A stretch of 55,621 nt of DNA from Candidatus Eiseniibacteriota bacterium (GTDB lineage Bacteria; Orphanbacterota; Orphanbacteria; Orphanbacterales; Orphanbacteraceae), in the NCBI GenBank assembly GCA_043809585.1, contig JBDROZ010000115.1, positions 1 through 55,621 on the forward strand, written 5' to 3'. The notes below the pieces were generated by a model. It was not told where the DNA came from, did no database searches, and worked only from the letters and a program-made list of their open reading frames with translations. The translations under genes were made by a program, and so were the position numbers. How positions within the stretch are numbered: the stretch's first letter is position 1; each line of letters opens with the position of its first letter. Positions 36,442 through 45,606 of the stretch are shown piece by piece.

Positions 36442-38286
36442 TCATCCGTCCAGGAGCGACTCCAGCTCGTCCAGAAGGCGGTCGAAGAGACGCACCGTCT
36501 CCGTGATCGGCCCGGGACCGGTCATGTCGACGCCGGCGTCCTCGAGGATCTCGATCGGGTACCTGGAGCTTCCCGCCTTCAGGAAGCCGAGATACGCCTC
36601 GAGCGCATCCCCCCCGTCCGTCAGGATCCGCTGGGAGAGGGCGGTGGCCGCCGCGTAGCCCGTCGCGTACTGGTAGACGTAGAAGGCGTTGTAAAAGTGA
36701 GGCACCCGGGCCCAGTAGATCTTCTGGTTCTCCCCCCGGGCCACCCGGTCCCCGTAGAACCCGTCGTAAACTTCCAGGAAGACGTTCCCGAAGACATCGG
36801 CCGTGAGCGGTTCGTCCTCTTCGGCGATCCGGTGGATCCGCCGCTCGAAGTCGGCGAAGAGCACTTGGGTGAAGACGGTCCCCCGGATCTGGTCGAGCCA
36901 GTGGTTCAGGAGATAGAGCTTCCTCGCCCGGTCCGCCGTCTTCTCGAGAAGGTGGTGCATCAGGAGGGCTTCATTCGTGGTGGAGGCGACCTCGGCGGTG
37001 AAGATCGAGTAGTCCGAGTAGATGTACGGCTGGGTCCGGGTCGAGTAGTAGGTGTGAAGTGAGTGGCCCAGCTCGTGGGCGATGGTGAAAACGTCGTCCA
37101 AAGTCTCCTGGTAGTTCAGGAGCACGTAGGGATGGACTCCGTACACGCCCCAGCTGTAGGCGCCGCTCCGCTTCCCCTCGTTTTCGTGGACGTCGATCCA
37201 GCGCTCCCGAAACGCCCGGCCGAGCACCTCCCCGTATTCCGGCCCGAGGGGGGCGAGCCCTTTCCGGATGATCCCGACGGCTTCCTCGTAGGGGGTCTCC
37301 TCCCGGCTTTCGGGGAAGAGGGGCACGAAGAGATCGTACGGCCTGAGCTCGTCGTAGCCGAGGATCCGCTTGCGGACGTCGAGGTACCGGCGAAGGGACC
37401 CGGCGTGCCTTCCCACGGCGCCGATCGTCGATTCGAACACTTCCGCGGGAATGTTGTCGCCGTCGAGGGCCGCCGAGAGACACGAGTCGTACCCGCGGGC
37501 CCGGGCGTAGAACAGGTCCCGGGTCACGCTCCCCGCGAGGGCGGCGGCGAAGGTGTTGATCGACTTGCGGTAAGATCCGAGAAGGGCTTCGTAGGCGTCC
37601 GCGCGCACGCGCCGATCCGTGGATTCCATGAAGCGAGAGAACCTTCCCTTGGTCACCTCGACTTCGTTCCCCTCCTCGTCCCGGATCGCGGGGAACCGGA
37701 TGTCCGCGTTGTTCAACATGTGGAAGATGTTCCGCGCCGTCGAGGTCACGTTGCCGGCGAGGGCGAGGATCTTCTCCTCCGGCGGGGAAAGGGTGTGCGT
37801 CCGGGTGCGAACGATGTCTTCGAGGGCGTGCCGGTAGACCCGGAGGTCCTCGCTCTCCTCGAGGAAACCGTCCAGCTTCCCGTCGGGGAGTGCGAGGATC
37901 TCGGGGGAGAAAAAGGAACCGGCTTCGTGGGCCCGGGTCTGGATGCGGGCGATCCGCTCGGAGAGGGCCTGGGCTTCGATATTCGCCGTGTCCTCGTCCC
38001 GCCAGAGGTGGGCGTAGACGTAGAGCCGGAGAATAGTCTCGCCCAGCCTGTCCCGGAGGCGGAGGCAATCGAGCAGGGTTCCGGCCGACTCGCCGAGGCG
38101 GTCACGGTACGATTTCAGTTCGTCGATCAGGCCGGTGAGGGCGGTGAAATCCCGTTCCCACGAGTCGGCGTCGTCGTAGATGTCCCGGAGGTTCCACTGA
38201 TGGCGGACGTCGATCTCGCGGCGGCGGGGCAGGGCCTTCGGGCGGGTCCCCTCCGCCACCGGAGATTGGTCTTTCGATTCCTTCAT
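36442..38286 (-). CDS. pepF: Oligoendopeptidase F (M3B)
   Basis: WNL.DIY, GKRSGAYS, HELGHSLH, AEVAST.NE, WARVPHFY. Confidence 0.95.
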   Translation of the reverse strand: MKESKDQSPVAEGTRPKALPRRREIDVRHQWNLRDIYDDADSWERDFTALTGLIDELKSYRDRLGESAGTLLDCLRLRDRLGETILRLYVYAHLWRDEDTANIEAQALSERIARIQTRAHEAGSFFSPEILALPDGKLDGFLEESEDLRVYRHALEDIVRTRTHTLSPPEEKILALAGNVTSTARNIFHMLNNADIRFPAIRDEEGNEVEVTKGRFSRFMESTDRRVRADAYEALLGSYRKSINTFAAALAGSVTRDLFYARARGYDSCLSAALDGDNIPAEVFESTIGAVGRHAGSLRRYLDVRKRILGYDELRPYDLFVPLFPESREETPYEEAVGIIRKGLAPLGPEYGEVLGRAFRERWIDVHENEGKRSGAYSWGVYGVHPYVLLNYQETLDDVFTIAHELGHSLHTYYSTRTQPYIYSDYSIFTAEVASTTNEALLMHHLLEKTADRARKLYLLNHWLDQIRGTVFTQVLFADFERRIHRIAEEDEPLTADVFGNVFLEVYDGFYGDRVARGENQKIYWARVPHFYNAFYVYQYATGYAAATALSQRILTDGGDALEAYLGFLKAGSSRYPIEILEDAGVDMTGPGPITETVRLFDRLLDELESLLDG

Positions 38287-38499
38287 CGGTTCTCCCGGGT
38301 CGCCCGGCGGGGCGGAGCATCCGGGGACGCCCCGGGCCGGAGCCATGGGGGGAGAATACGGGAACGGGGTCTTCACCTCAAGAGCCGATTCGGACGGACG
38401 GCAGGGTCACCGGCCCGATAGGCGTCCCCCGCGGCGATCCGATCGCAATCGCACGTTCCTTGCCCCTTTCGGGGCCCGCCGCTTGAAGGGGCCCGGACG

Positions 38500-38508
38500 T
38501 GATATAAT
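38500..38508 (+). promoter_or_regulatory. Extended -10 box TGaTATAAT upstream of the M1 peptidase gene
   Basis: Perfect extended -10 about 50 nt before the AAGGAG-preceded ATG 38558. Confidence 0.6.
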
Positions 38509-38557
38509 AGGTGTGTCTTTGCCGACTTCACGAACCGCTTCGGGAAAGGAGCCCCCC

Positions 38558-40585
38558 ATGGGACGCGCTCTTCTCGCATTCGCTTTCCTTCTCGCGGTGA
38601 ACGCCGCTTTCGCCGAAGAGGCCCCCCTCCGCCCCGCCGACCGGATCGTCGCCGGACCCGAAACGGGATCGGCGGGGCGCCTGCCCGCCCGGCTCGCCGA
38701 GCTGCGCGGCGGTGGCGGCTCTTTCACCCTTCCCACGGAGTGCCCCGATTCGCTCGATATGATCCACTACGAGCTGCACATTTCCGTCGATCACGGGGGA
38801 GGCACGCTGGAGGGCGACGCGTTTCTGACTTTTCGCAGCCTGAAGGAGGGGCTCGGCGGAATCCGGCTCGACTTCCGGGCCCTCACGGTGAGCGCCGTCA
38901 CCCGAGACGGGGCGCCCCTCGCCTTCACCCACGCGGGGGACACCCTCCTCGTCACCCTCGACTCCCCTCTCCCGCTCGGCGACACGGCGGTGGTCGAGAT
39001 CGCCTACGGCGGCGTTCCGGACAACGTGGGGGGGGGCGGGTTCGGCGGGTTCTGGATCTACCCCTTCCCGATCACCGACTTCAGCATGGGGATCGGCCTC
39101 TACACGGATCCCCCGTCGATGGGGCGGTACTGGTTCCCCTCGGTCGACCAGCCGTGCGACAAGGTGACGTGCGACATCATCGCCACCACGTCTCTCGTGA
39201 AGACCGCCGTCGCGAACGGCTACCTCGACACGGTGATCGTCGATTCCGTCCAGGGGACCAAGGAGTGGCACTGGAGGGAGGAGCATCCGATCACGACCTA
39301 TCTCATGGCCCTCTCCATCGCCAAGTACACCGCCGTGCCGGACAGCTTCGACACCCGGATCGTGTACTACGTGCACAACACCATGAGCCATCTCACGGCG
39401 GGGACTTTCGCCAACGTTCATCTCATGATGGACGCGTTCGAGAACCTCTTCGGGCCTTACCCGTACCCGGGGGACAAATTCTCCTTCGTCACCACGCCCC
39501 TCGGCGACATGGAGCACCAGACCTGCGTCTTCCACGCCCGGACCCTGATGACGGGCGACTCGACCTACGACGACATTCTCTCCCACGAACTCTCCCACAT
39601 GTGGTTCGGGGACTGCGTCACCTACGGCGACTTTCGGGACGTCTGGCTCTCGGAGGGATTCGCGTCGTACTGCGAGGCCCTCTGGCGGGAGGCGGGGTAC
39701 GGCGACGAGGCGTATCACGACTACGTCACCATGAGCCTGATGAGGCCCTACCTCCTGAACGCCGCCAATCTCGACTATCCGATCTACGATCCCGACGAGC
39801 TCTGGGGGACGGTCTCCTACGAGAAGGGGGGCGTGGCGCTTCACATGCTCCGGCGGGTGATGGGGGACGGCCTCTTCTTCGCGGCCATGAACACGTACCT
39901 GGACGACTTCGCCTACGGCACGGCCTTTACCACGGACTTCCGTGACGTCTGCGAAGCGGTCTACGGCGGCGACCTGGACTGGTTCTTCGACGAGTGGATC
40001 TACGCGGGGGGCCACCCGGTCTTCGACTGGGGCTGGACCGCCGAGGAGACCGGACCGGGGAGCTGGCGGGTCGATGTCGAGACCCGGCAGGTGCAGACCG
40101 TCGGGCCGATCTACACGATGCCCGTCGACTTCCGGATAGAGACCGCCGGCGGCGACACGACGGTGACCGCTTGGGTCGACGGGCCGGCCGGTTCCTTCTC
40201 TTTCACCGTGGGCGCCGCCCCGTCGGCGGTCGTCTTCGATCCCGACGACTGGCTCCTCGACGAATCGTCCGAGATCGCCACGGGGACGCCTTCCGGGGCC
40301 CCCCTCGCCCGGCTCGTCCTCGGCGCGAACCGGCCGAACCCGTTCAACCCGAGCACGACGATCCCCTTCGCCCTTCCGGCGGAGGGTCCCGTGGCGCTCC
40401 GCATTTACGGAGTGAACGGCGCCCTCGTCCGCACCCTGTTCGCGGGGGCCCTTCCCGCCGGCGAGCACCGCCTCGTCTGGGACGGCGCGGACGACCGGGA
40501 CCGCCCGGCGCCGAGCGGGGTCTACTTCGTCCGGCTCGGCGGCGCGGGAGGCACTGAAACTCGAAAGATCCAGCTCCTCCGGTAG
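38558..40585 (+). CDS. Secreted M1 aminopeptidase with C-terminal FlgD-Ig/sorting domain
   Basis: Signal peptide, GDMEH, HELSHMWFG, WLSEGFA, YEKG; C-terminal PNPFNP..WDG..SGVYF..KIQLLR. Confidence 0.92.
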   Translation: MGRALLAFAFLLAVNAAFAEEAPLRPADRIVAGPETGSAGRLPARLAELRGGGGSFTLPTECPDSLDMIHYELHISVDHGGGTLEGDAFLTFRSLKEGLGGIRLDFRALTVSAVTRDGAPLAFTHAGDTLLVTLDSPLPLGDTAVVEIAYGGVPDNVGGGGFGGFWIYPFPITDFSMGIGLYTDPPSMGRYWFPSVDQPCDKVTCDIIATTSLVKTAVANGYLDTVIVDSVQGTKEWHWREEHPITTYLMALSIAKYTAVPDSFDTRIVYYVHNTMSHLTAGTFANVHLMMDAFENLFGPYPYPGDKFSFVTTPLGDMEHQTCVFHARTLMTGDSTYDDILSHELSHMWFGDCVTYGDFRDVWLSEGFASYCEALWREAGYGDEAYHDYVTMSLMRPYLLNAANLDYPIYDPDELWGTVSYEKGGVALHMLRRVMGDGLFFAAMNTYLDDFAYGTAFTTDFRDVCEAVYGGDLDWFFDEWIYAGGHPVFDWGWTAEETGPGSWRVDVETRQVQTVGPIYTMPVDFRIETAGGDTTVTAWVDGPAGSFSFTVGAAPSAVVFDPDDWLLDESSEIATGTPSGAPLARLVLGANRPNPFNPSTTIPFALPAEGPVALRIYGVNGALVRTLFAGALPAGEHRLVWDGADDRDRPAPSGVYFVRLGGAGGTETRKIQLLR

Positions 40586-40652
40586 ATCCGCCGCCTTTGA
40601 TCCGGTGCCTGATTCCATCGGTATCCGGTGGCGGGTTCGGTCCCATTCCTCC

Positions 40653-40681
40653 TTGCCGGAGGCGGGCGAACGGTCTATGAT
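40653..40681 (+). promoter_or_regulatory. Sigma70-like promoter TTGCCG-N17-TATGAT
   Basis: 17-nt spacer, with AGGAGGT SD at 40701 before ATG 40712. Confidence 0.6.
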
Positions 40682-40711
40682 GACCCTGGAACCCTCGGCT
40701 AGGAGGTAGTC

Positions 40712-41599
40712 ATGCGAACGATTCGGGCCCTCGTGATCGCCGCTCTTGTTTCCGGTCTCTTCTTCTCCGCCATCGCCGCCGACAAGAAGCCGACGATCAA
40801 GTTCGGATTCTATCCCTCCCACAACCGGGAGCAGCTCTCGATTCTCGCCGACGAGTTTTGCCAGTATCTCATGGCCCGCACCGGCTACAAGGTCGAGCCC
40901 GTGGTGAGCAAGGACTACGACGACATCGTCGAGGGGATCACGGCGAACGAGATCCATTTCGCCTGGCTCTCGCCGCTCAGCTTCGTGAATGCGGAGAGGA
41001 AGGGGAACGCCCGGGTCATGCTGAAGTCGGTGCGCGGGGCGAACCCGTTCTACTGGGGGGCGATCGTGGTCCGCCGGGACAGCGGGATCGAGTCCCTCGA
41101 CGACCTGAAGGGGAAGCGCATGGGATGGACCTACCCGTCGAGCACGGCCGGGTACATCTTCACGAAGGCGGCGATCCACGCCCAGGGAATCGATCCGGAC
41201 GAGTATTTCGTGACCAGCTCGTTCATCGGCGGCTACGACGAACTGGTAAAGGCGGTGGTGGGAGGCACGGTCGACGCGGGAGCGGTCTTTGCCAACGACA
41301 CGGAAGGGAAGAAGGGCGCCTGGACCCAGTATCTGAACGCCAACGAGCGCCGTCTATTGAAACCCATCTTCTACACCAAGCCGATTCCGGGCGACACGGT
41401 CACGGGCTCCAAGATCTTCATCGACGGGAACCCGAAGATCGCGAGCGAGATCCTGAAGGCTCTGCTCGAGATGGGGAACGACAAGAAGGGCCAGCAACTC
41501 CTCACCGACCTCTACCAGGTCGACTACCTGGTCGACGCCGAGAGCGGGGACTACGATTCGGTGAGAGAAGCGTCGGAGCTCTTCCCGGATCGCCGGTAG
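40712..41599 (+). CDS. PhnD/PtxB-like phosphate/phosphite/phosphonate-binding protein
   Basis: Signal peptide, DY..IVE, DSGIESLDDLKGK, SSTAGY, IPGD, DYDSVR. Confidence 0.85.
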   Translation: MRTIRALVIAALVSGLFFSAIAADKKPTIKFGFYPSHNREQLSILADEFCQYLMARTGYKVEPVVSKDYDDIVEGITANEIHFAWLSPLSFVNAERKGNARVMLKSVRGANPFYWGAIVVRRDSGIESLDDLKGKRMGWTYPSSTAGYIFTKAAIHAQGIDPDEYFVTSSFIGGYDELVKAVVGGTVDAGAVFANDTEGKKGAWTQYLNANERRLLKPIFYTKPIPGDTVTGSKIFIDGNPKIASEILKALLEMGNDKKGQQLLTDLYQVDYLVDAESGDYDSVREASELFPDRR

Positions 41600-41776
41600 G
41601 CCGGCGGTCGAAACCGTTTCCCGCTGCGGTTCCCGATCGCGGCCTGCGAGACGGGTCTTTCCTTCGTCGCTACCTCGAAGTAGCTACGGCTACTCCTCCG
41701 GGAGCTCCTCGTCCAAGGCCCGCTCTCGGCTTCACGCTCGGGAACCTCGCGACGAAAACGGTTTAGACCGCCGGCC
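41599..41776. mobile_element. MITE-like long hairpin starting at the TAG stop
   Basis: 21-bp TIRs GGCCGGCGGTCGAAACCGTTT / AAACGGTTTAGACCGCCGGCC (1 mismatch), inner arms GGTTCCCGA/TCGGGAACC. Confidence 0.7.
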
Positions 41777-41956
41777 CCCGTTGCGGAACGAGGGAATGAA
41801 ACTCGAGTGAACATCGAGCACGATCGGCTCTCGTGGCGGGAGCCAAGGCCTCGCGACGAATCCCGCCCCGAGCCGCGACCTACGCCGGTCTTTCATATTC
41901 TCCGCGGGTGCGGTGATCTTCCGTAACCGATGGGCGAGTCCCTCGGAGGGGGATCC

Positions 41957-42607
41957 ATGGATCCGACATATCGATCGGAATCGCGCCCCCCCTACCTCCC
42001 CCTCGCCCTGTTCGGGATCGCCTTCGGGTATCTGGAGGCGGCGGTGGTGGTGTATCTCCGGAGGATCTACTATCCCGATGGGTTCGGGTTCCCCCTGACG
42101 CCGTTCATGCCGGACCTTTGGGCCGTGGAACTCGGGCGGGAGGCGGCGACGATCGTGATGCTCGGGACCGCGGCCTGGCTCGCGGGGCGGACGAGGTGGG
42201 AGCGGTTCGGCCACTTCGCATTTCTCTTCGGCCTCTGGGACATCGCCTTCTACCTCGGCCTCGTTCTCACCCTCGGCTGGCCCGAGTCGATCATGACCTG
42301 GGACATCCTCTTTCTCCTTCCCCTGCCTTGGACGGGGCCCGTTCTCTCGCCGGTGCTCGTCTCGGCGCTGATCATCGCCGCGGGCGTCGGAATCGCATTC
42401 CGGGAGCGCCGGGGACGGCCGATCACGGTCGGCCGGGTTCATTGGATCCTCGGCCTCCTCTCCCTCGCCCTCCTCCTCTATTCCTTCATGGCGAACCATG
42501 CCGTCGCGACGGCCGGCGGCGTGCCCGAGTCGTTCCCCTGGTTCCTATTCGGAGCCGGATGGCTGATCGGCGCGGGACTGGCGGCGGATGTGGTGCGGAG
42601 GGGGTAG
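41957..42607 (+). CDS. Conserved hypothetical membrane protein
   Basis: FGIAFGYLEAAVVVYLR, ELGREAAT, WDILFLLPLPW.GPV; GGAGG SD. Confidence 0.8.
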   Translation: MDPTYRSESRPPYLPLALFGIAFGYLEAAVVVYLRRIYYPDGFGFPLTPFMPDLWAVELGREAATIVMLGTAAWLAGRTRWERFGHFAFLFGLWDIAFYLGLVLTLGWPESIMTWDILFLLPLPWTGPVLSPVLVSALIIAAGVGIAFRERRGRPITVGRVHWILGLLSLALLLYSFMANHAVATAGGVPESFPWFLFGAGWLIGAGLAADVVRRG

Positions 42608-42663
42608 ATTCCGGCTGGAGTGTGCCCCAGGGGACGGCGGGACGGGGAGCAGCTTCGCCGAGG

Positions 42664-42801
42664 AATACGGGGGACACGAAACGAGTTCATGTCCCCCGCA
42701 TTCCGCCGGAGGCCTGTCCTGAGTAGGACAGAAGGTCCGTATCGAAGGGCTCGGGCGGAACCACTCCCCCGCTCATTGCCAAAGCAACGCGCTCGGTAAG
42801 A
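42664..42801 (+). repeat. Mosaic of repeat modules (composite element, copy 5, right part)
   Basis: 42664-42713 is identical to 45299-45348 (GGGGGACA..TGTCCCCC hairpin). 42705-42770 matches 16617-16682. It ends GCTCATTGCCAAAG..CGGTAAGA as in copy 4. Confidence 0.88.
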
Positions 42802-42811
42802 GGACCGATTC

Positions 42812-43435
42812 TTACCGGAACATGCCCCGGATCGCGCGGTAATTCGTCTTGGGAGGAGACCCGAAGCCGATATGCACCGTTCCCAGCAGAGTATTCTCGT
42901 TCGCGACGTGTATTTGCTGCATATCGATGTCGGTCACCGTGGACGTTCCCAGCGTGATGCCGGCGATCGCATCATCCACGGCGGCGTGATAGACGAGCGT
43001 CGCCACGAGGGCCGGCGGAGTGATCGGCTCGGGAGGAGGCGTCTTGTGAGGGCTTCCTCCGTCACGGAAACGCCGCTTCACGCTCCCCCAGCTCTCCTTT
43101 TCCGTACCGGTGTAATCGGAATGCCACGCGGAGAGCAGGACGCACTCCCCCGGAACGGGAGGCGTCGACAGCCACTCCAGGGGGAGCACATACTCGACCC
43201 CCTGAAACTCGAGAGCACCGTCGTAATTACAGATTCCCCAATCGACACCGTAAATCGGCTCGTCTCCGAGGATCCAGAGATCGCCTGTGATGTAGTCGCT
43301 CACCATGACTTCGATGAGATCGGGTCCATCACCGACGTTTCCGTTCAGGTCGAGTTCGACGTTGAACTCCGCGAAGGCCAACGCGGCGAGAAGGAGCGAG
43401 AGAACAAGTGCGAAGAGAGCGGCAGCGAGACGCAT
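42812..43435 (-). CDS. Hypothetical secreted protein
   Basis: Signal peptide, GGAGG SD, own TTGATC-N17-TATGAT promoter (43517-43489), internal TEKESWGSVKRRFR. Confidence 0.75.
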   Translation of the reverse strand: MRLAAALFALVLSLLLAALAFAEFNVELDLNGNVGDGPDLIEVMVSDYITGDLWILGDEPIYGVDWGICNYDGALEFQGVEYVLPLEWLSTPPVPGECVLLSAWHSDYTGTEKESWGSVKRRFRDGGSPHKTPPPEPITPPALVATLVYHAAVDDAIAGITLGTSTVTDIDMQQIHVANENTLLGTVHIGFGSPPKTNYRAIRGMFR

Positions 43436-43655
43436 GGGCACCTCCGAAAGAGAGGGCGGGCGAATCTCCGGGGCGTGGGTACGTGAGAATCATACATTAA
43501 GCAGGTGCGTGGATCAATGGCAAAGGAGCGAGCGCGGCACGGACGGCCCGGGCGATCACACGCCCGGATGGGCGGACATGATTCCCCCCTCCTGCCTCGC
43601 GATCCGAACGGCCACAGACAGGTCCGGCAAGAAGGGCAAACAGGAATAGGATTCC

Positions 43656-43683
43656 CTGGATCTCCGCCTGCGCGGGGATGACA
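43656..43683. repeat. REP-like unit of the GTCATCCCCGCG...GGATCCAG type
   Basis: Minus strand TGTCATCCCCGCGCAGGCGGAGATCCAG. Confidence 0.65.
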
Positions 43684-43713
43684 ATTGTACGTACTATCCC
43701 GTCTCTCCCCGAT

Positions 43714-43912
43714 CGGCAGTCCTTGCTGATCTTTCGTGACCATGGGCGGGTGGCCGCGACAGGGGTCCGTGAGAAGCGCAGGCACCAAGCGCCAGACCCC
43801 GATCCTCGCCATAAGACCTGAGACGGACGGCGCGGTTCACGCGAAGCGCATACGGAAATCGTATGCGCGACTGCCGAGCATCGCAACGGACAGGAGCGGT
43901 CAGGACCCGTCC
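43714..43912. repeat. About 200-bp dispersed repeat, copy 2 of 2
   Basis: Direct copy of 31190-31389, with internal hairpin GCGCATACG-GAAAT-CGTATGCGC. Confidence 0.85.
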
Positions 43913-44003
43913 ATGCGCCTCGCGAAATCGACCCGCATTTCCGAGCATCCGGAGCCGTGTCCTGCTGAAGAATCCCCGAGGGCCCTCGAATCCCCATCGA
44001 TTC

Positions 44004-45161
44004 CTACCTCCCCACGATATAGCAGAGCTGCGCCGTCACGATCGCGAGGTAGTTCCCGACCGCGTAGCCGATGAGCGCCATCAAGATCGACACCGGGACC
44101 AGCGCCTTCCGGTGGTACGCCGCCACGATCGGCGCCGACGCGATTCCGCCGATGTTCGCCGCCGACGCGATCGCCGCCGTGTGCACGTCCACCTTGAACA
44201 CCTTCGCCGCGGCGAGGATGAAACCGCCGTGACTGAAGATCCAGATGAAGGCCCCCGCCACGAACCAGGGGGCCTGCCGGAGCCCCGACAGCTCCGCCCG
44301 GGCGCCCATGGACGCCACGAAGAGATAGACCATCGCCATCGCGAGGGGCTGGCTCCCCGCGACCCGCCGGGCAGGCGTGAACGAGAGCAGGATGCCGAAC
44401 GAGGTGATGAGGAGCACCTCCCAGGTGCCGCTCGAGAGGACCGGGGGACGCTCGGGGATCACCGCCGCGAGGGACTTGGCGATCCACGTCACGGCGAAAC
44501 CGAGAGTGAGAAGCAATAGGATGTCCCGCATCCCTGCCGTCCTCTCCTCCCCCTCGATCTCCTTCGCCGCCGCCTCCATCCGCTCGAGCCGGTCCGGCCG
44601 GACGCCCGTCATCCGGTTGAACCGGTTCGCCCAGTTCTTCGACGAGAGCATGATGGGGAGCCAGATCACGTAGACCAGGTTGTCGGCGAGGACCGCGAGG
44701 CCCACCTCCTCCCCGCCGGCGTCGAGGGCGCCCGCCACGGCCGCCAGGTTCCCCGTGCCGCCGATCCAACTCCCCGCGAGGGCGCCGAACCCCTTCCACG
44801 CGTCGGGCGCGAGCCCTCCCTTCACGACGAAGTAGGCGATCGGCGCGCCGATCACGACGCCGAGGCTCCCGATGAGCATCACGAAGACCCCCCGGCCCAT
44901 CACCCGAATCGCCTTCCTGACATCGAGGGTGAGCAGCATCAGCGTGAGGAACATCGGAAGGGCATAGTCCCGCATCCCGGTGTAGATCGGGCTCTTCGTC
45001 GGGATCACCCCCGTGTTGGAGAGAATCACCGGAATCGCGTAGATGAACAGCAGGGGCGGCGCGTACTGGAAGAGCTTCCACTTCGTACGCGCCTCGATCC
45101 AGAACATGAACGTCGTCAGGGCGGCGAGGAGCGTGATGACGGCGATCGGTGATTGGAACAC
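44004..45161 (-). CDS. DUF819-family membrane protein
   Basis: GSWIGGTGN, ASAANIGG.ASAP.VA, IGYAVGNY; about 10 TM. Confidence 0.88.
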   Translation of the reverse strand: MFQSPIAVITLLAALTTFMFWIEARTKWKLFQYAPPLLFIYAIPVILSNTGVIPTKSPIYTGMRDYALPMFLTLMLLTLDVRKAIRVMGRGVFVMLIGSLGVVIGAPIAYFVVKGGLAPDAWKGFGALAGSWIGGTGNLAAVAGALDAGGEEVGLAVLADNLVYVIWLPIMLSSKNWANRFNRMTGVRPDRLERMEAAAKEIEGEERTAGMRDILLLLTLGFAVTWIAKSLAAVIPERPPVLSSGTWEVLLITSFGILLSFTPARRVAGSQPLAMAMVYLFVASMGARAELSGLRQAPWFVAGAFIWIFSHGGFILAAAKVFKVDVHTAAIASAANIGGIASAPIVAAYHRKALVPVSILMALIGYAVGNYLAIVTAQLCYIVGR

Positions 45162-45230
45162 GGGGCCTCCTCGGTAACGGTTGCACGTATGTTAACGGAT
45201 CGGGGCGGGAGATGTCATCGCCTGTCGGAA

Positions 45231-45533
45231 GAGCCCGAAGTCCTATTGTCCTCGGTCTCCTCCTCTGCACCTTGGAATGACCGAGATGGCCGGCCGGAAA
45301 TACGGGGGACACGAAACGAGTTCATGTCCCCCGCATTCCGCCGGAGGCTCTGTCCGGAGGGGGACACTGTCCGGAGGGGGACACAATACCGAATTCCGAA
45401 TTCGGTATTGTGTCCCCAGAAATGCCATGCCCGGAGACGGCCCTGGAGGGCCGCCCAGGACATTCTCGCCCGAGGACGAAGCGGGCCGTCCCTGCAGCCG
45501 CCCGCAGCAGGAAGGGGCTTTGAAATGAGTTCT
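45231..45533 (+). repeat. Composite intergenic element, copy 6 (four stacked modules)
   Basis: Left module CTCGGTCTCCTCCTCTGCACCTTGGA, 50-bp hairpin 45299-45348, 17-bp tandem 45350-45383, 19-bp-arm perfect palindrome 45377-45417, half-MITE 45427-45533. Confidence 0.88.
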
Positions 45534-45553
45534 AAGCACCATGCTCTGATGCA

Positions 45554-45583
45554 AGAAGGCCCGGGCGGCTTTCCGCCCGAGCC
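45554..45583 (-). terminator. Probable intrinsic terminator of the hyp-saccharopine unit
   Basis: Minus strand GGCTCGGGCGG-AAAG-CCGCCCGGGCC-TTCT, about 25 nt after the SDH stop. Confidence 0.65.
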
Positions 45584-45606
45584 GATAGAACCAATGGCGA
45601 GCAACG

